Shown: positions 19,841 to 31,851 of the stretch, one piece after another
How the letters are laid out: every line of letters begins with the position of its first letter
Numbering within the stretch: the stretch's first letter is position 1
NCBI GenBank assembly: GCA_965279525.1
Contig: CBDIIB010000004.1
Location: 576,001 to 640,000 of the forward strand
Length of the DNA stretch: 64,000 nt
DNA from: Tagaea sp.
Lineage (GTDB): Bacteria; Pseudomonadota; Alphaproteobacteria; CACIAM-22H2
Direction: 5' to 3'
Made by a program: the position numbers and the translations under genes
Notes under the pieces: model-generated
Told to the model about the DNA's origin: nothing
The model's input: the letters and a program-made list of their open reading frames with translations, nothing else
The model's database searches: none

Positions 19841-20230
19841 TCAACGATGCGCGACGTCCGCATAGGCGTGACCGTGCCCCAGCGACCAGTCCTCGGCGCC
19901 GTTCTCGACCAGCGCGACGAAGATGTCGTCGCCCGCGAAGCCGGCCGCCACGGCACCGTCGGCGATGGCGCGAAACAGCATGCGCTTCTGCTCGCGCGTG
20001 CGTCCTTTCAGGAACGCGATCTCGACCACGCAGGCGTCGCTCGTTCGCGCGACGTCGGGGAATGTCGGATCGAGGATCATCATGCCGTCCGCGAAGCGCG
20101 TGACGAGCTGGAAGCGGTCCTTCTCCGGCACGCCGCACGTGCCGACGAGGCCGCGATGCACCGCGTCGGCGAGGGCGCGGACTTTCTCCGCCGGCAGATG
20201 GTGCGGGACGGCGATGCGGGCGAGCGGCAT
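19841..20230 (-). CDS. tautomerase superfamily protein (MSAD / Tautomerase_2-like)
   Basis: N-terminal Pro (MPLARI), DRFQ, GRTREQK and DWSLG motifs; GGAG RBS. Confidence 0.85.
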   Translation of the reverse strand: MPLARIAVPHHLPAEKVRALADAVHRGLVGTCGVPEKDRFQLVTRFADGMMILDPTFPDVARTSDACVVEIAFLKGRTREQKRMLFRAIADGAVAAGFAGDDIFVALVENGAEDWSLGHGHAYADVAHR

Positions 20231-20362
20231 GTTCGGTTCTCCTTCGTCGTTGCGTATCCGAAGGAGCGAGTTCTATCAGCGCGCGGCCCTGCGACTAGCC
20301 CGTGGCACGGCACTTCATCCGTGCCCCGGGTTCATTAATTCGCCGACGGCCTGCTTCCGGAA

Positions 20363-20941
20363 TCAGCCGATGCTGCCGGCGATATATCGCTGCACCGTCG
20401 GTCCGGCCGCACCGACGATTTCCGCGCGCGTCATCGCCACGACCGGGGGCAACTTCAACACGTAGCGGCACAGCGCCAGCCCGAGCATCTGCGTGGCAAC
20501 GAGGCCGGCCCGCCGGGCGGCTTCGGCGCGCCCCGCACCGGGCATCAGCGCCGGCGCCACCTGGCCCGCGAAGATCTCGCGCATCCTGTCGGCGGCCTCG
20601 ACGTTGGTCGCCGCCGCGCGCAGCAGGATCGTCAGACCGCCATTGCCGGCCGCCCCTTCCCACATATCGAGGAAATGCCCGACCAGCGCTTCGCCGCGCC
20701 GGCCCGCGGCGACCTTCGACAGGTCCGGCAGTTTCAGGTCGAACGCGCTCGCGCGGGCGAACAGCCCGTCCTTGCTGCCGAAATAGCGGATCACCATGGC
20801 GGCGTCGATCGAAGCGCGCGCAGCGATGTCGCGCACCGTCGCGCGTTCGTAGCCCATTTCGGCGAACAGCTCGCGCGCGGCCGCGAGGATCGCCGCGCGC
20901 GTCCGTTCGGATTTCGACATGCTGTCCCGCGTTTCCGGCAT
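20363..20941 (-). CDS. TetR family transcriptional regulator
   Basis: ILAAARELFAEMGYERATVRDIA...YFGSKDGLF HTH; AAGGAG RBS. Confidence 0.93.
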   Translation of the reverse strand: MPETRDSMSKSERTRAAILAAARELFAEMGYERATVRDIAARASIDAAMVIRYFGSKDGLFARASAFDLKLPDLSKVAAGRRGEALVGHFLDMWEGAAGNGGLTILLRAAATNVEAADRMREIFAGQVAPALMPGAGRAEAARRAGLVATQMLGLALCRYVLKLPPVVAMTRAEIVGAAGPTVQRYIAGSIG

Positions 20942-20951
20942 TGCTCCTTAT

Positions 20952-21004
20952 GCCAACAAGCGTTGACAAATTCAAGTCTCCGGAATAAATCAACACTCGT
21001 TGAC
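20952..21004. promoter_or_regulatory. two palindromic putative TetR operators (CAAC-N4-GTTGAC)
   Basis: GCCAACAAGCGTTGAC (20952-67) and ATCAACACTCGTTGAC (20989-21004) in the divergent intergenic region. Confidence 0.7.
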
Positions 21005-21037
21005 TTATCTCGAACCCGGCCCAAGGAGCCGCTCCCC

Positions 21038-22270
21038 ATGCTTCCCACCGAAACCGATGTCCTGATCGTCGGCGCCGGCCCGACGGGCCTGGCACTCGCC
21101 ATAACCCTGCAGCAGGCCGGCATCCGGCACGTGCTTGTCGACCGGCTGGTGCAGGGCCAGAACACCTCGCGCGCGGCCGTGATCCACGCGCATACGCTCG
21201 ACATGCTCGCCACGATCGGCGTGGCCGACACGCTCGCCGCACGCGGGCTGAAACTGCCGGCCTTCAGCATCAAGGAGCGCGACCGCACGCTCCTCACCCT
21301 TCCCTTCGACACGCTGCCGGGCCGGCACAACTACCTGCTGATGCTTCCGCAGGACGCGACCGAAGTTGTGCTCGCTGAACGGCTCGAGGCGCTGGGTGGC
21401 CGCATCCATCGCGGCGTGGCGGTCTCGTGCGTTCGGCAGGACGCGAGCGGCGTGCAGGCGCTGCTTGAAACGTCCGATGGAACGCACGAAATCCGGGCAC
21501 GCCATGCGGTGGGTGCCGACGGGATGCAGAGCGTCGTTCGCAAGGCCGCCGGCATCGCGTTCGAGGGCGAGACGCCCGTCCAGCCCTTCGTGCTCGCCGA
21601 CGTGGCGATGGACTGGCCGCTGGGACCGCGCGAGGTCTCGCTGTTCTTCGCGCCCGACGGGCTGCTCGTCGTCGCCCCGTTGCCCGACGGAACCTACAGG
21701 CTCGTAGCACCCGTCGACGAAGCACCGGCGCATCCGACGGCCGGCGACATGCAGGCGCTGCTCGACGCGCGCGGCCCCGCAACACAGCCGGCCCGGATAC
21801 GCGACGTGACCTGGAGTTCGCGCTTCCGCGTTCATCACCGGCTCGCGTCGTCGTTCCGCAGCGGTCGGCTGTTCGTCGTCGGCGATGCGGCACACGTCCA
21901 TAGTCCCGCCGGCGGTCAGGGCATGAATTGCGGCCTTATCGATGCCTGTGTGCTCGGCCAGCTTCTGGCCGGCGTGCTGAATGGCACACGGCCCCAATCG
22001 GCGCTCGACGCGTATGGCGAAATGCGTCGCCCGGCGGCGGCACGCGTCCTTGCCCTTGCCGGCCGGCTCACCGCGATGGCGACACTGACCGGCACGCTGC
22101 GCCGCGCGATGCGCAACGCGGTACTTTCGGCAGTCGGGCACGTCGGTCCCCTGAAATCCCGGCTGCTGATGGAACTGTCGGGCCTGAGCCGCGCCCATCT
22201 GGCGCAGCTTCCTGTGGCTGCGCCAATGCGGACGCCGGCCTTGTCGACGGCCAAACGGGCATTTGCCTAG
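21038..22270 (+). CDS. FAD-dependent monooxygenase (FAD_binding_3 family)
   Basis: GAGPTG, GADG and GDAAHVHSPAGGQGMN motifs; AAGGAG RBS. Confidence 0.92.
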   Translation: MLPTETDVLIVGAGPTGLALAITLQQAGIRHVLVDRLVQGQNTSRAAVIHAHTLDMLATIGVADTLAARGLKLPAFSIKERDRTLLTLPFDTLPGRHNYLLMLPQDATEVVLAERLEALGGRIHRGVAVSCVRQDASGVQALLETSDGTHEIRARHAVGADGMQSVVRKAAGIAFEGETPVQPFVLADVAMDWPLGPREVSLFFAPDGLLVVAPLPDGTYRLVAPVDEAPAHPTAGDMQALLDARGPATQPARIRDVTWSSRFRVHHRLASSFRSGRLFVVGDAAHVHSPAGGQGMNCGLIDACVLGQLLAGVLNGTRPQSALDAYGEMRRPAAARVLALAGRLTAMATLTGTLRRAMRNAVLSAVGHVGPLKSRLLMELSGLSRAHLAQLPVAAPMRTPALSTAKRAFA

Positions 22271-22299
22271 TCCGGAGCGCGGCGCGTTTGCGGTTCTAA

Positions 22300-24660
22300 C
22301 TAACCCGCCACCCTTCGCGTCCGCATCCAGTGGATCCCGAGCCCGACCGCCAGCAGCACCGCGCCCGCGATGTCAGCACTTGTGTCGGCGGCGATCAGCA
22401 GGATGCCGCCGACGAGGCACAGCACGCGCTCGAGCGCGTTGGCGTGGGCGCGGGCATAGCCGGTGATGCCGGTGCACAGGCCGACGAGAGCCAGGCACGA
22501 GGTCAGCGTCGTTTCGGCAATACCCCACCAATCGCCGGCACTCGCGGGCCATTTGGCGTCGGGTGTCAGCATCAGGAGCTGCAGCCCTTCGGGCGTCAGG
22601 CAGAACATGATCGGCACGACGAACGCCGGCAGCGTGTATTTCCAGGCCTGCATCATTGTGGGGAACGGCCGCCCGCCGGTGATCGCCGAGGCGGCGAAGG
22701 GCGCGAGCGCCGTGGGTGGGGAAACGTCGGCAAGCACGGCGTAGTAGAACATGAACATGTGTGCGGCCGGTGCCGGGATGCCGACCTTGGCAAGTGCGGG
22801 CACGAGCATCACCGCCGCGATGATGTAGCTTGCCGTGACCGGTACGGCGAGGCCGAGCACCCACATGGCCAGCGCCGCCAACGCGATAACCGGCAGCCGT
22901 TCGCCGCCGCCCAGCGCCACGATGATCGACGACAGCGTCAGGCCGAGACCCGTGAGGTTGACGATGCCGACGATGAGACCGGCACACGCGCATGTCGCGA
23001 CGATGCCGAGCGTCGAGCGCGTGCCGTCGACCAGCGCTTCGATCATGCGCGTGGCGGCCGGGTCCGGTTCGCGGCCCGCGCGCGCGGCGGCAAGTGCCTG
23101 CGCGCCCGAAACTGCGATCGCCGCCGCCATGCCCCAGAAGATCGACGCGGAGATGCGCCCGTCGAACAGTTCGTGCAGGCCCATCGCCTCGGGCATGTCC
23201 GACACGCCGAAGGCCCACGCGGCGACGGCCGCCGCGCACCCTGCGAAGAAGGCCGGCACGGTGACGAGCCGGCTGTCTTCGCGGATCATCGACAGGCCGA
23301 ACGCGATCGCGATCGACCAGAACACCGCGAGGAACGACGTGAAGCCGAGCACGAGGAAGAACGCGATCGCCGCCAGCGACAGGAAATGGTAGCCGTGCCC
23401 GAGCGTGAGCGCCCACAGCGAGGCATCCGACGTCTTCATGGGTGCGATCCCGAGGCGGCGGGAGTCGGCCTCGGTCATCAGCCAGCACGACACGTAGTAA
23501 AGCAGCGTCGGGATCGTCGCGTAGACGAGGACAATCAGGTAGTCGATGTCGAGATACTCGGCGATGATGAAGGCCGCAGCACCCAGCGTGGGCGGCGACA
23601 GCGTGGCGCCGATGCCGGCCGCCGACAGCATGCCGCCGGCGACGGCCGGGGGATAGCCCGCCTTCTTCAGCATCGGCCAGGCGAGCGAGGCGACCGTCAC
23701 GGTTGTCGCCACGCCCGAGCCCGACACGGTGCCGAGCAGGAAGCCCGATGCCACGACCGCGCGCCCTGGTGCCGAGGCCGACGGCTTCTTGCCGAACAGC
23801 GCGAACGCCCAGTCGATGAAGAACTTGCCCGCCCCGCCCCGGTCGAGCACGGCGCCATAGAGCGTGAACAGGATGATGAAGGTCGCGGCCACGTCCATCG
23901 GAGTGGCGAAGATGCCTTCGAGCGTCAGGTAGTTCTGCCCGATGATGCGGTTGAGCGAGAAGCCGCGATGGTCGAACGGCTCGGGGATGTAGGGGCCGAA
24001 ATAGCCGTAGACCAGCACGAGGATCGTCACGAACGGCAGGATCCAGCCGATCGTGCGACGGGTTCCTTCGAGGATCAGCAGGGCGAGCGTGGCACCCAGC
24101 ACCAGTTCGTCGGCGGAAGGCCGCGTGGGGCGCGACTTGTATTCGTCGACATTCGCCGCGAGATACCATGCGGTCCACAGCGCGAAGCCGACGAAGATCC
24201 AGTCGACAAGCTGCGTGCGCGCGAGGAAGCGGTTCGACACGATCAGCGGATAGGCGGCAAAGGACAGCGCCACGACGACGAGCATGCCGCCGGCGAACGG
24301 GGCGCGCTCGAAGATGCGCCCCTCGGTATAGAGGGCGAACATGGCGCCGAGGCCCAGCGCCGCCACGCACCATTCCTCGATCGTGGCGCGGCGCAAGGCC
24401 GCATCGACGCGCACGAGCGGATAGAGGATCAGGATGAGGGCCAGCGCGACCGCAAGGAAGCTCGAGCGGTAGAAGGTCGTGTTGATCGCGAACTGGGTCC
24501 AGAACAGCGAATAGCCGCCAAGCCCGAACGCCACGGCGCCGGTCAGCCACCCCAGCCAGCCCGACAGGCGCTGGGCTGGCCCGCCTTCGCTGTCCGAGGA
24601 CAACCGCTCGAGTTCCTCGGCGGTCAGTTCGACCTTATCCAGTCCTGCCGTGTTCGCCAT
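22300..24660 (-). CDS. TRAP transporter fused 4TM/12TM permease (TAXI type)
   Basis: LEGTRRTIG, PPTLGAAAFI and ADVSPP motifs; many TM segments. Confidence 0.9.
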   Translation of the reverse strand: MANTAGLDKVELTAEELERLSSDSEGGPAQRLSGWLGWLTGAVAFGLGGYSLFWTQFAINTTFYRSSFLAVALALILILYPLVRVDAALRRATIEEWCVAALGLGAMFALYTEGRIFERAPFAGGMLVVVALSFAAYPLIVSNRFLARTQLVDWIFVGFALWTAWYLAANVDEYKSRPTRPSADELVLGATLALLILEGTRRTIGWILPFVTILVLVYGYFGPYIPEPFDHRGFSLNRIIGQNYLTLEGIFATPMDVAATFIILFTLYGAVLDRGGAGKFFIDWAFALFGKKPSASAPGRAVVASGFLLGTVSGSGVATTVTVASLAWPMLKKAGYPPAVAGGMLSAAGIGATLSPPTLGAAAFIIAEYLDIDYLIVLVYATIPTLLYYVSCWLMTEADSRRLGIAPMKTSDASLWALTLGHGYHFLSLAAIAFFLVLGFTSFLAVFWSIAIAFGLSMIREDSRLVTVPAFFAGCAAAVAAWAFGVSDMPEAMGLHELFDGRISASIFWGMAAAIAVSGAQALAAARAGREPDPAATRMIEALVDGTRSTLGIVATCACAGLIVGIVNLTGLGLTLSSIIVALGGGERLPVIALAALAMWVLGLAVPVTASYIIAAVMLVPALAKVGIPAPAAHMFMFYYAVLADVSPPTALAPFAASAITGGRPFPTMMQAWKYTLPAFVVPIMFCLTPEGLQLLMLTPDAKWPASAGDWWGIAETTLTSCLALVGLCTGITGYARAHANALERVLCLVGGILLIAADTSADIAGAVLLAVGLGIHWMRTRRVAG

Positions 24661-24745
24661 GCGGCCCCTGTTCCCTGTCGCGCTGCTGCCACTGGACCGG
24701 GCTGCTTGACGCTATCGCACTCTAGCCTTTCGTGCCGCCGATAAG

Positions 24746-24779
24746 CAAAAGGCCCGGACGTTTCCGTCCGGGCCCTTGC
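24746..24779 (-). terminator. intrinsic terminator hairpin after the TAXI binding-protein gene
   Basis: 10-bp stem GGCCCGGACG/CGTCCGGGCC followed by TTTT on the minus strand. Confidence 0.7.
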
Positions 24780-24800
24780 GGCAAACCGATCCGGCTTCGA

Positions 24801-25781
24801 TCAGCTCATCACGCCCTTGGCCTTGAAATAGGCCTCGGCCGCCGGGTGGTAGGGGATCGCGGCCTTGCCCGCCGCACCCGCCAGCGTCAGGCGGCGCGCT
24901 TCGGGATGGATCGCCTGCACGTCGGCGAGGTTGTCGAACATCGCGTTCAGCATCGCGGTCACGAGGGCGGCCGGCGCTTTCGACGAGACGACCAGCACGT
25001 TGGCCACGCCCAGGCCCGACACCGCTTCCGGCTGGTTGGCATAGGCGTTGGCCGGCAGCGTGATCGGGCGGTAGAGGTTGGGCCACTTGGCGTCGAGCAC
25101 CGCCAGTTCGCGCGTCGTGGGCACGAAGCGGATGGGCGGCTGGCCGCCGGTGGCGAGTTCGCGCACGGCCGCCGTCGGGATGCCGCCGATCCAGAAGAAG
25201 GCGGCGATCTTGCCGTCCTTGATGGCGCCGGCGGATTCCGCCACGCCCAGATTGTCGCGCGTGATGTCGCGCTTGAAGTCGAGCCCGCCCGCCTCGAGCA
25301 CGCGGTCGGTGATCGATTCCGTCGCCGAGCCGACTGAGCCCACGCCGATGCGCTTGCCCTTCATGCTGGCGATGTTGGTCACGCCCGACGACTGGCTGGC
25401 GACGACATGGAAGAACGAATCATAGAGCAGCGCCAGCACGCGCACGTCCTGCTTGCCGTCCTTGGCATAGGCCTCGACACCCATGAAGGCGTCGTAGGCG
25501 CTGTCCATCGTCGACAGGCCGAGTTCGGCGTCGCCGGCATGCAGCAGCTTGATGTTGTCGATCGACCCGCCGGTGACCTGCGCGGTCGCCTGCGTGTTCG
25601 CCATCTTCTCGGAGAAGAGCTTGGCGAGGCCGCCGCCATAGGGATAGAACACGCCGCCGGTCCCGCCGGTGACGACGGTGATGCGCTGGCGGCTCTGGGC
25701 GATCGCCGGGGCGGAGGCGGCGAAGGCCGCACCGGCACCCAATGCGAGGGCGGTGCGGCGGTTGATCGTGAGTTTCGACAT
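24801..25781 (-). CDS. TAXI family TRAP solute receptor
   Basis: TGGTGGVFYPYG, TGGSIDN and IPYHPAA motifs; twin-arginine-like signal. Confidence 0.92.
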   Translation of the reverse strand: MSKLTINRRTALALGAGAAFAASAPAIAQSRQRITVVTGGTGGVFYPYGGGLAKLFSEKMANTQATAQVTGGSIDNIKLLHAGDAELGLSTMDSAYDAFMGVEAYAKDGKQDVRVLALLYDSFFHVVASQSSGVTNIASMKGKRIGVGSVGSATESITDRVLEAGGLDFKRDITRDNLGVAESAGAIKDGKIAAFFWIGGIPTAAVRELATGGQPPIRFVPTTRELAVLDAKWPNLYRPITLPANAYANQPEAVSGLGVANVLVVSSKAPAALVTAMLNAMFDNLADVQAIHPEARRLTLAGAAGKAAIPYHPAAEAYFKAKGVMS

Positions 25782-25888
25782 GCGGTTCTCTTGCTCCCTG
25801 TGAAGGCGCGAAACGCGCTATTGTTTGCTCTTCCACGTCGGCATTCCGGGGGCGCCGACGGCGTTGGTGCTAAATATGGTAAAATCGT

Positions 25889-25901
25889 ATGGAATTTCCA
25901 T
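25889..25901. promoter_or_regulatory. palindromic putative regulator site between TAXI and coxG
   Basis: ATGGAA-T-TTCCAT perfect palindrome in an AT-rich divergent intergenic region. Confidence 0.45.
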
Positions 25902-25954
25902 GTTTTTTTGCGTAACACCCTCCTTCCCAGACAAATCAAACCGGCGAGCGTGAA

Positions 25955-26548
25955 ATGAATTTGAGCGGCGAATATCGCCTCCCCCTGCCCCGCGAGACCG
26001 TCTGGGCCGGTCTCAACGACCCGGAGATCCTCAAGCAGTGCATTCCGGGCTGCGACGAGCTGGTCAAGAATTCCGATACCGAGCTTTCGGCCAAGGTCGG
26101 CCTCAAGATCGGGCCGATGACGGCGAAATTCACCGGAAAGGTCACGCTTTCCGATCTCGACCCGCCCAACGGCTACAAGATCGCCGGCGAAGGCCAGGGC
26201 GGCGTGGCCGGTTTCGGCAAGGGTTCGGCGGTCGTCACGCTGGAAGACGACGGATCGGGCGGCACGATCCTGCGCTACACGGCTGACAGCCAGGTCGGTG
26301 GCAAGATGGCGCAGCTCGGCTCGCGCCTGATCGACGCGACGGCCAAGAAACTCGCCGATGAATTCTTCGGCAAATTCGCCGAAGTGGTCGCGGTTCCGGC
26401 CGCAGGCACCGCTCCCGCACCTGCACAAACGCCCGACGCCGCCGTTCCCGCCGTATCCGGCGATGCGGGCGGCCTGCCGCAGACGGTCTGGATCGCGGCA
26501 CTCGTCGTCGCGATCGGCGTCGTCCTGTGGATGGTGCTCGGCAACTGA
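25955..26548 (+). CDS. coxG: CoxG / SRPBCC protein with C-terminal membrane anchor
   Basis: [27 protein letters not shown] motifs; C-terminal TM helix. Confidence 0.92.
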   Translation: MNLSGEYRLPLPRETVWAGLNDPEILKQCIPGCDELVKNSDTELSAKVGLKIGPMTAKFTGKVTLSDLDPPNGYKIAGEGQGGVAGFGKGSAVVTLEDDGSGGTILRYTADSQVGGKMAQLGSRLIDATAKKLADEFFGKFAEVVAVPAAGTAPAPAQTPDAAVPAVSGDAGGLPQTVWIAALVVAIGVVLWMVLGN

Positions 26549-26663
26549 AACGTCACGCCGGTTTGGCTTGACGTCCTACAGTGACGGGCGTGAAACTCGC
26601 GTCCAATCAATGCGGTCGGCCCGACTGGGCGCCCGCCCGATATCCAGACGAAGGGGAGAGACG

Positions 26664-27137
<474 letters not shown>

Positions 27138-27180
27138 GCACAATCGCGAAAACGCGAAACGCTTTACGGGAGGAATCACC

Positions 27181-29562
<2,382 letters not shown>

Positions 29563-29582
29563 TCCGAGGACGGAGAAACCCC

Positions 29583-30377
29583 ATGTACGATTTCGCCTAT
29601 CACAAGCCCGCTTCCGTCGCCGACGCCGTCAAGCTGCTCGGTGCCGACGGTGACGCCAAGGCGATGGCCGGCGGCCAGACGCTGATCCCGACGCTCAAGC
29701 AGCGCCTCGCCAAGCCGAGCGCCGTCGTCGACCTGTCGGCGATCAAGGACCTCGCGGGCATCACGGTTTCGGGCGGCAAGGTCACGATCGGCGCCATGAC
29801 GCGCCATGTCGACGTCGCAAGTTCGGCCGAGATCAAGAAGGCCCTGCCCGCGCTGGCCAGTCTTGCCGACAGCATCGGCGATCCGCAGGTACGCAACCGC
29901 GGCACGATCGGCGGCTCGATTGCCAACAACGATCCGGCGGCCGACTATCCGGCTGCGTGCCTGGCACTGGGTGCCACGATCAAGACGAACACGCGCGAGA
30001 TCCCGGCCGACGAGTTCTTCAAGGGCATGTTCGAGACGGCATTGAAGGCCGGCGAACTGATCGTGTCGGTGAGCTTCCCGGTCGCCGAGAAGGCCGCCTA
30101 CATGAAGTTCGGCCAGCCCGCGTCGCGCTACGCGCTCGTCGGCGTGTTCGTCGCCAAGGGTCCGGCCGGTGCGCGCGTTGCCGTGACGGGTGCTGCCGCC
30201 GCCGTGTTCCGCTGGAAGGAAGCCGAAGCCGCACTGGCGAAGTCGTGGTCGGCCGGTGCCATCGAAGGGCTCAAGGTCCAGGCCTCGGGCCTCAACGGCG
30301 ACATCCATGCGAGCCCCGAATATCGCGCCCACCTGGTCGGCGTGATGGCCAAGCGCGCACTGGCGGCGGCGGGCTAG
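29583..30377 (+). CDS. coxM: FAD-binding medium subunit (CoxM-like)
   Basis: AGGQTLIP and IGDPQVRNRGTIGGS motifs. Confidence 0.92.
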   Translation: MYDFAYHKPASVADAVKLLGADGDAKAMAGGQTLIPTLKQRLAKPSAVVDLSAIKDLAGITVSGGKVTIGAMTRHVDVASSAEIKKALPALASLADSIGDPQVRNRGTIGGSIANNDPAADYPAACLALGATIKTNTREIPADEFFKGMFETALKAGELIVSVSFPVAEKAAYMKFGQPASRYALVGVFVAKGPAGARVAVTGAAAAVFRWKEAEAALAKSWSAGAIEGLKVQASGLNGDIHASPEYRAHLVGVMAKRALAAAG

Positions 30378-30919
30378 AACTCGCTGCCGTCGGCCCGGTA
30401 GATCACCGACAGGCCGAATATCATCTCGACGCTGCCGCCGGCATCGACGAACGGCAGCATCAGGTTCTCAATCGTGTCGCGTGTGTCGAAGCGCGACGCG
30501 ATCGCCGTTCCGCGCCGCCAGGTTGCCTGCCCGTTGCCGGCGATGAATTCGAGACGCTCCCACACCGCGCCGATCTCGTCGCGCATGTCGGGATAGACGG
30601 CCGACAGCGTCCGGCCGGTCGGATCGAACTTCATCGCCGCGACGATGTTGGTGCCGACGACGCGGTATCGGAAATCGAGCGGGTCGCGCAGCACGTCGAA
30701 CAGCCAGACGTGCGGCAGAAGGCGCGGAACGTCCATCGGATCGAAATCGGCGCGCCTGAACGGCGGACCCGACGGCCGCCGCGACCGCAGATAGCGCCAG
30801 AGCGCGTCGATCGACGCATGCCAGCCGGCACGGCCGTCACCCGCCACGAGTTCCCAATCCGGCTTTGCCAAGCGCCCGCCCCCCGGCTGCGGCACCTGCG
30901 AGTCTAGCGCGTCCTGCAA
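30374..30919 (-). CDS. stand-alone PAS-like (PAS_5 / DUF1457-like) protein
   Basis: RRADFDPMDVPRLLP, FRYRVVGT, DPTG and LMLPF pattern; start uncertain. Confidence 0.75.
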   Translation of the reverse strand: MQDALDSQVPQPGGGRLAKPDWELVAGDGRAGWHASIDALWRYLRSRRPSGPPFRRADFDPMDVPRLLPHVWLFDVLRDPLDFRYRVVGTNIVAAMKFDPTGRTLSAVYPDMRDEIGAVWERLEFIAGNGQATWRRGTAIASRFDTRDTIENLMLPFVDAGGSVEMIFGLSVIYRADGSEF

Positions 30920-30936
30920 GCGGAATTCGATAGTAT

Positions 30937-31800
30937 TTACGACTTTCCGGCTGGCCGCTGCGCGTGGAACGCGACGATTTCGTCGAGCAGGCGCAGGCTG
31001 CCCGCGAAGTTCGTCGTCAGGCCCAGCATGATGTCCGCGTGGCCCGTCGACGGGTAGAGAATGTCGCGCGCCTGCCCCCCGCCGTCGCGGATCGCCGCGG
31101 CGAGTGCGACCGACTGGCGGGGCGCCACGACCACATCGGTCTCGCCGTGCAGCAGCAGGAACGGCGGCAGGTCGCCGGTTCCGCGGGCCCTGGCAAGGGC
31201 AAGCGGCTGCGTCGTCGTGTTGTCTTCGACATGGCCGAACGCGGCGAGCAGTGCGCGCCCCTTCTTCGGATCGAAGTCGGCGGGACCGGAAATCGCGACC
31301 ACGCCCGCGATGCGGGGCAGCGGCACCTTGCGTGCCAGCACGGCCATCGTCGCGTTATAGGCGCCGGCCGAATGGCCGATCAGCAGCACGCGCGCGTCCT
31401 GCCCGCCGAAGCGCCCGATGTTCGCGAGCGTCCAGTCGACGGCAGCGGCCGCGTCGTCGACGAAAGCGGGGAAACGGATTGCGGGCGTGAGCCGATAGTC
31501 CGGCAGCACCACGACGAACCCGCGGCGGACCAGCGCCTCGGCGACGAAGCGGTACTGCGCCTTGCTGCCGTAGGCCCACGACCCGCCGTACCAGAAGATC
31601 GCGACCGGTGCATCTGCCGCACCTTCGGGCGCGTAGACGTCCAGCGTCTGGCGCGGATCGGACCCGTAGGCGATATCGCGGCTGGCCACGTAGCCGCCCG
31701 TCGGCGTGAGGGCTTCGAGCACGCCAAGCCCCGAGCATGCCGACAGGAAAGCGGCACACAGCCCTGCAAACGCCACCCTTCCGAAAGCCCGCACGGTCAT
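30937..31800 (-). CDS. alpha/beta hydrolase (esterase/lipase), probable lipoprotein
   Basis: LSAC lipobox, YGGSW oxyanion loop, GHSAG nucleophile, HGETD and H of triad. Confidence 0.88.
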   Translation of the reverse strand: MTVRAFGRVAFAGLCAAFLSACSGLGVLEALTPTGGYVASRDIAYGSDPRQTLDVYAPEGAADAPVAIFWYGGSWAYGSKAQYRFVAEALVRRGFVVVLPDYRLTPAIRFPAFVDDAAAAVDWTLANIGRFGGQDARVLLIGHSAGAYNATMAVLARKVPLPRIAGVVAISGPADFDPKKGRALLAAFGHVEDNTTTQPLALARARGTGDLPPFLLLHGETDVVVAPRQSVALAAAIRDGGGQARDILYPSTGHADIMLGLTTNFAGSLRLLDEIVAFHAQRPAGKS

Positions 31801-31851
31801 GCCATTCTGCCCCTTCGTTCCTGATACGATCCCGGACCCGAAGAAGATCAC

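Noticed and set aside
19647-19865. 72-aa ORF in the intergenic gap
   Set aside because: TTG start without RBS, atypical composition, and overlap with the tautomerase 3' end
20303-20317. Sigma-54-like TGGCACGGCACTTCA
   Set aside because: The -12 element is not TTGC, and it points antisense into the 3' end of tetR
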